Assembly: GCA_030390025.1 (NCBI GenBank)
Contig: CM059431.1
Coordinates: 115,942,001 to 116,006,000 of the forward strand
Direction of reading: 5' to 3'
Origin: Squalus acanthias
Lineage: Eukaryota
Length of the DNA stretch: 64,000 nucleotides
Shown here piece after piece: positions 60,490 to 64,000 of the stretch. The first letter of the stretch is position 1. The number at the start of each line of letters is the position of its first letter. Under the pieces are notes generated by a model. It ran no database searches, was not told the DNA's origin, and worked only from the letters and a program-made list of their open reading frames with translations. The translations under genes were made by a program, and so were the position numbers.

Positions 60490-62119
60490 ACAACACCAGC
60501 AGCAGCAGCAACCACACCAGTAGCAGCAGCAACAACAGCAGCAGCAGCAACCACACCAGCAGCAGCAGCAACCACACCAGCAGCAGCAACCACACCAGCA
60601 GCAGCAGCAACCACACCAGCAGCAGCAGCAACAACACCAGCAGCAGCAGCAACCACACCAGCAGCAGCAGCAACCACACCAGCAGCAGCAACCACACCAG
60701 CAGCAGCAGCAACCACACCAGCAGCAGCAGCAACAACACCAGCAGCAGCAGCAACCACACCAGCAGCAGCAGCAACAACAGCAGCAGCAGCAACAACACC
60801 AGCAGCAGCAGCAACAACAGCAGCAGCCTTCTCCTCACCGACCTGATGCTCCACAGGAGAGAGGGGATCAGCACAGGGCTGCGGCATGCTGGAGGCGTTA
60901 ACCCCAACACAGGGTATACAGGCAGAGGATGAGCTTCCTGGACATGACTGAGCAGCAGTGCTTCAGGAGGCTCAGGCTATCGCGCCTGACATTGCAGACA
61001 TTTGTAGCTTGCTGGAAGAAGACCTGCTGCCCAGAGGACCTGGTGGACATGCCTTACCAGTGGCTGCCAAAGTCACCACCATCCTCAACTTCTTCACCTC
61101 AGGCTCCTTCCAGGGATCCGCAACAGACATTTGCAGGATCTCGCAGTCGGCCACCCACAGATGCATCACACAGGTGACCGATGCCATGTTTCACATGTCA
61201 GCCAATTATGCAAACTTTGCCACTGATGAAGCCAGTGTTACATAGAAACATAGAAACATAGAAAATAGGTACAGGAGTAGACCATTCGGTCCTTCGAGCC
61301 TGCACCGCCATTCAATGCGTTCATGGCTGAACATGCTACCTCAGAACCCCATTCCTGCTTTCTCGCCATACCCCTTGATCCCCCTAGTTGTGAGTGTTAT
61401 ATCTAACTGAGCGGGCGCTCGGCTTTGCAGCTCTGGCTGGCTTCCCACAGGTGCAGGGCATCATCGACTGCACACATGTGGCCATCAAGGCACCCCCACA
61501 TCACTCAGGAGTGTTTGTGAACTGCAAGGGCTTCCACTTCCTCAATATGCAGCTTGTCTGCAACCATTAAAAGATCATCATGCATGTGCGTGCCAGATTC
61601 CCTGGCAGCTGTCATGATTCTTTCCTGCTGTGCCAGTCCACCCTCCCTCAGCTCGTCACACCTCCAAATAGACTTACCAGCTGGCTGCTTGGAGAGAAGG
61701 GCTATCCACTGAAGATGTGGTTGATGACACCATTGAGGAGGCCAAGCAATGAGACCAAGGAGCGCTATAATGACAGCCACATGTCCACCAGATGTGTCAT
61801 AGAGCAAGCAATCGACATGATGACGATGTGCTTCAGATGCCTTGACAGATCTGGAGGAGCCCTTCAGTACGCACCAGCCAGGTTCTCCAGAATCGTTGTT
61901 GTTTGCTACGTGCTGCACAACATAGCGCAGCAGCGATGATTGGAGCTGCAGGAGGAGCAAGGCGCAGAGCACAGAGCCTCTTCGGAGGAGGAGGAACAGG
62001 TAGAACATGAGGAGGATGAGTCGAAGGAGAGAGAATCTGAGGTGGAGATGGCACCAGGAGCGGCACACATTGCTGCCCGGGAGGCCCGGGATGGCCTCAT
62101 AATGGCCAGATTTACTTAA
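60186..62119 (+). pseudogene. HARBI1-like transposase of copy D, disabled; CAG-rich expansion and CR1-tail insertion (~61241-61387)
   Basis: [53 protein letters not shown] (catalytic D to E), VIEQAI and LHN; stops and frameshifts. Confidence 0.92.
60241..60826 (+). repeat. Interrupted CAG/CAA/CAC/CCA trinucleotide array
   Basis: Visible directly; poly-Gln with His and Pro in the transposase frame. Confidence 0.97.
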
Positions 62120-62398
62120 CCTGCACCAGTGCACCCATATGGCGCCCAGATGCTGTACCAACTTCCCCCCGCCCAACAACACCACAAAGCAATCCTGTCA
62201 CCCAAATCCCCATTGCTCGAGGTTAAGTAATGTCTCACCATTCACGCCAAGTGACAAAGCCACTTCCCAGGCAAAAATGGACAAGACCGGAAAGTAGTGC
62301 AAAAAAATAAATTTGTGTGTGTCAGAAATATAACGGAAACTTAACATTAACATTTTGTCAAACATTCATGTGCATACCCTTGTGCATCTACAATTGTG

Positions 62399-63813
62399 TT
62401 ATTTTTCTTTTCCGAGTGCTTCTATGAGGTGCAAGCCCTGTGACTTCAGCAGAGGTGGAGGCAGGCTGCTCACTTCCCTGCTGCAACTGCTTTGACACTT
62501 TTGGCGGGCGTCCTCTGAGTTTTGGAGCCTGTGAGGGCCCCGCCAAAGACTGCTCCTCCTACAACTGTGCAGGGGCAGACTCGGCCATTGGGATCCGAGG
62601 CAGCATGTGGGGCTCTGACTGAGGGGAAGGTAACGGGGGAGAAGTGTGAGCGCTTTGAAGAGAGCCCCCAATTCCATGTCCCCTCTCACCATCATCCCTC
62701 TCATGGGCCACCCGCAATTCCCTGCTAGCAAGGAGCTGGAGAGCACCCTGCTGCACATCAATGGGGCGATGAACAGCCAAGCCTACGTTGGTATCCCTCC
62801 TCGAGATGAGGTCAATGAGTTTCTGCAATCTGTTGTTCACAGCAAGCATGTTCTCGTTGGACATTCTTATCATAAGGCTTCTGATTCATCTCTTTACTCT
62901 CCCACAGGTCCATCAAGTGCCAGCCCCTACTGTTTAGCCAGAGGAGGAAAACGACTCCTCAGAGGAAGCTCCACTCTCTGCGGGTGCACCGTCACCAGAC
63001 CCATGCGCACCCAGCACCAGTACATTTGCTGCTTGGTGCAGGTGGCCATCCTTTCCATGGAACAGCACATCGTCGCCGTCACCTGCGAGACGGTGGTGCT
63101 CATGTTGGATATGGACTCCTCCATTCTCTGCACAATTGCACACATCGCAGCTGTAAAAGCTGCCAGAGCCTCATGCATTTGTTACTGCCCCTCCAAGATC
63201 ACCTTCTTTCTCAATGGCCCCCGAGGTTCAGCATCTGCATGCAGCTGGGAGCGTCCTGCACCTTCCGGCAAGGACTCTCTACTGCTGTCTCTGTCTCCAC
63301 CATCTGCTCCTGCTCACTTGTGATCTGTGAGACACCAGGTGACAACACTACTCTATGTCTCGCTGTACCCACCGAGGTGCGCGTATCTGCGCTGGTGCTG
63401 GGCGCACATGGGTCTGGTGACGGTGCACCCGCAGAAAGTGGAGTTTCCTCTGAGGAGTTGTTTTCCTCCTCTGGCTGAACAGTAGGGGCTGGCACTTGAT
63501 GGACCTGTGGGAAAGTAAAGAGATGAATCAGAAGTCTTATGATAAGAATGTGTAATGTTACCATTATGCACATGATGGCATTTCACTGGCTGCTGACATC
63601 AAGTCACCATGATGTTGTATGCCATGTGGCAGTATGAGATTTAATTCTTTCACCAGGTTGCTGGGAGGTCCCCCTCTCTCTGTCGCCCACCGCCAGCAGC
63701 TCTGCAACTCCAGTGATTTCTAGCACCTCTTCCTCTGCTGGAATCAAGTTGGTGAATATTGGAGGGCCACCTCTGGTTCAATGCCTCTCCCTGTTGTTCT
63801 GGGCTCTCTTCTC
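62399..63813 (-). pseudogene. Myb/SANT partner gene of copy D, exons 2 (63654-63813) and 3 (62399-63504); exon 1 outside window
   Basis: Homologous to A/B exons 2-3 (EKRAQN, APSTSADT, RMEES, GRPPKVS); canonical splice sites; 160-nt exon 2. Confidence 0.82.
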
Positions 63814-64000
63814 CTGCAAGGAGGGAAAGAAGAGAACTTTGAGTGAGAGTGATGGAATGAGTGTAAGGAATGGATAGGCTACATCTGTAGAGGGTAACTA
63901 TAAGGGAGTGGTGTGATGTTGCCAAATGGCCTCCTTCTGTGGTGTTACTTCCTATGATTGCATTAGGATGAGGGTGAGTGTCAGCGGTGTTTAGTCAGAT

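Larger units (their letters stand above)
59651..64000. mobile_element. PIF/Harbinger copy D (transposase on +, Myb gene on -), runs off the window
   Basis: Terminus gagccggaattttcc; both genes recognisable. Confidence 0.9.

Noticed and set aside
60186..60932. Ser/Asn-, Ala/Thr- (antifreeze-glycoprotein-like) and poly-Leu/Val ORFs
   Set aside because: These are alternative frames of the CAG array; flanking homology shows the native frame is the transposase poly-Gln.

Overview
Repeat-dense vertebrate DNA, almost certainly a shark or other elasmobranch (HE1-type V-SINE, SacSINE1-type DeuSINE and shark CR1 tails). It is probably intronic: two candidate minus-strand host exons lie at 28199-28328 and 1-87, and I could not identify the gene. 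Main contents: (1) an apparently full-length CR1 LINE with both ORFs open (ORF1 zinc-finger/leucine-zipper plus SGNH esterase; ORF2 APE plus RT) and a 37-bp tandem array at its 5' end; (2) many PIF/Harbinger DNA transposons, namely four large two-gene copies (HARBI1-like DDE transposase convergent with a spliced Myb/SANT gene, all disabled), several partial copies and many MITEs, often with a CCAAT + TGACGTCA module inside one terminus; (3) Penelope-like retroelement ends carrying minimal hammerhead ribozymes, including a 181-bp near-perfect palindrome with one ribozyme on each strand; (4) truncated CR1, L2 and RTE-X-like LINEs, SINEs and a pogo-like MITE, often nested; (5) a 36-bp minisatellite whose recurrent variants are all silent in one minus-strand frame, inside an unexplained decayed ORF-like region, and a ~580-bp CAG-rich expansion in a transposase N-terminus. 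All calls were made by eye. Boundaries are approximate unless termini or target-site duplications (TSDs) are quoted.
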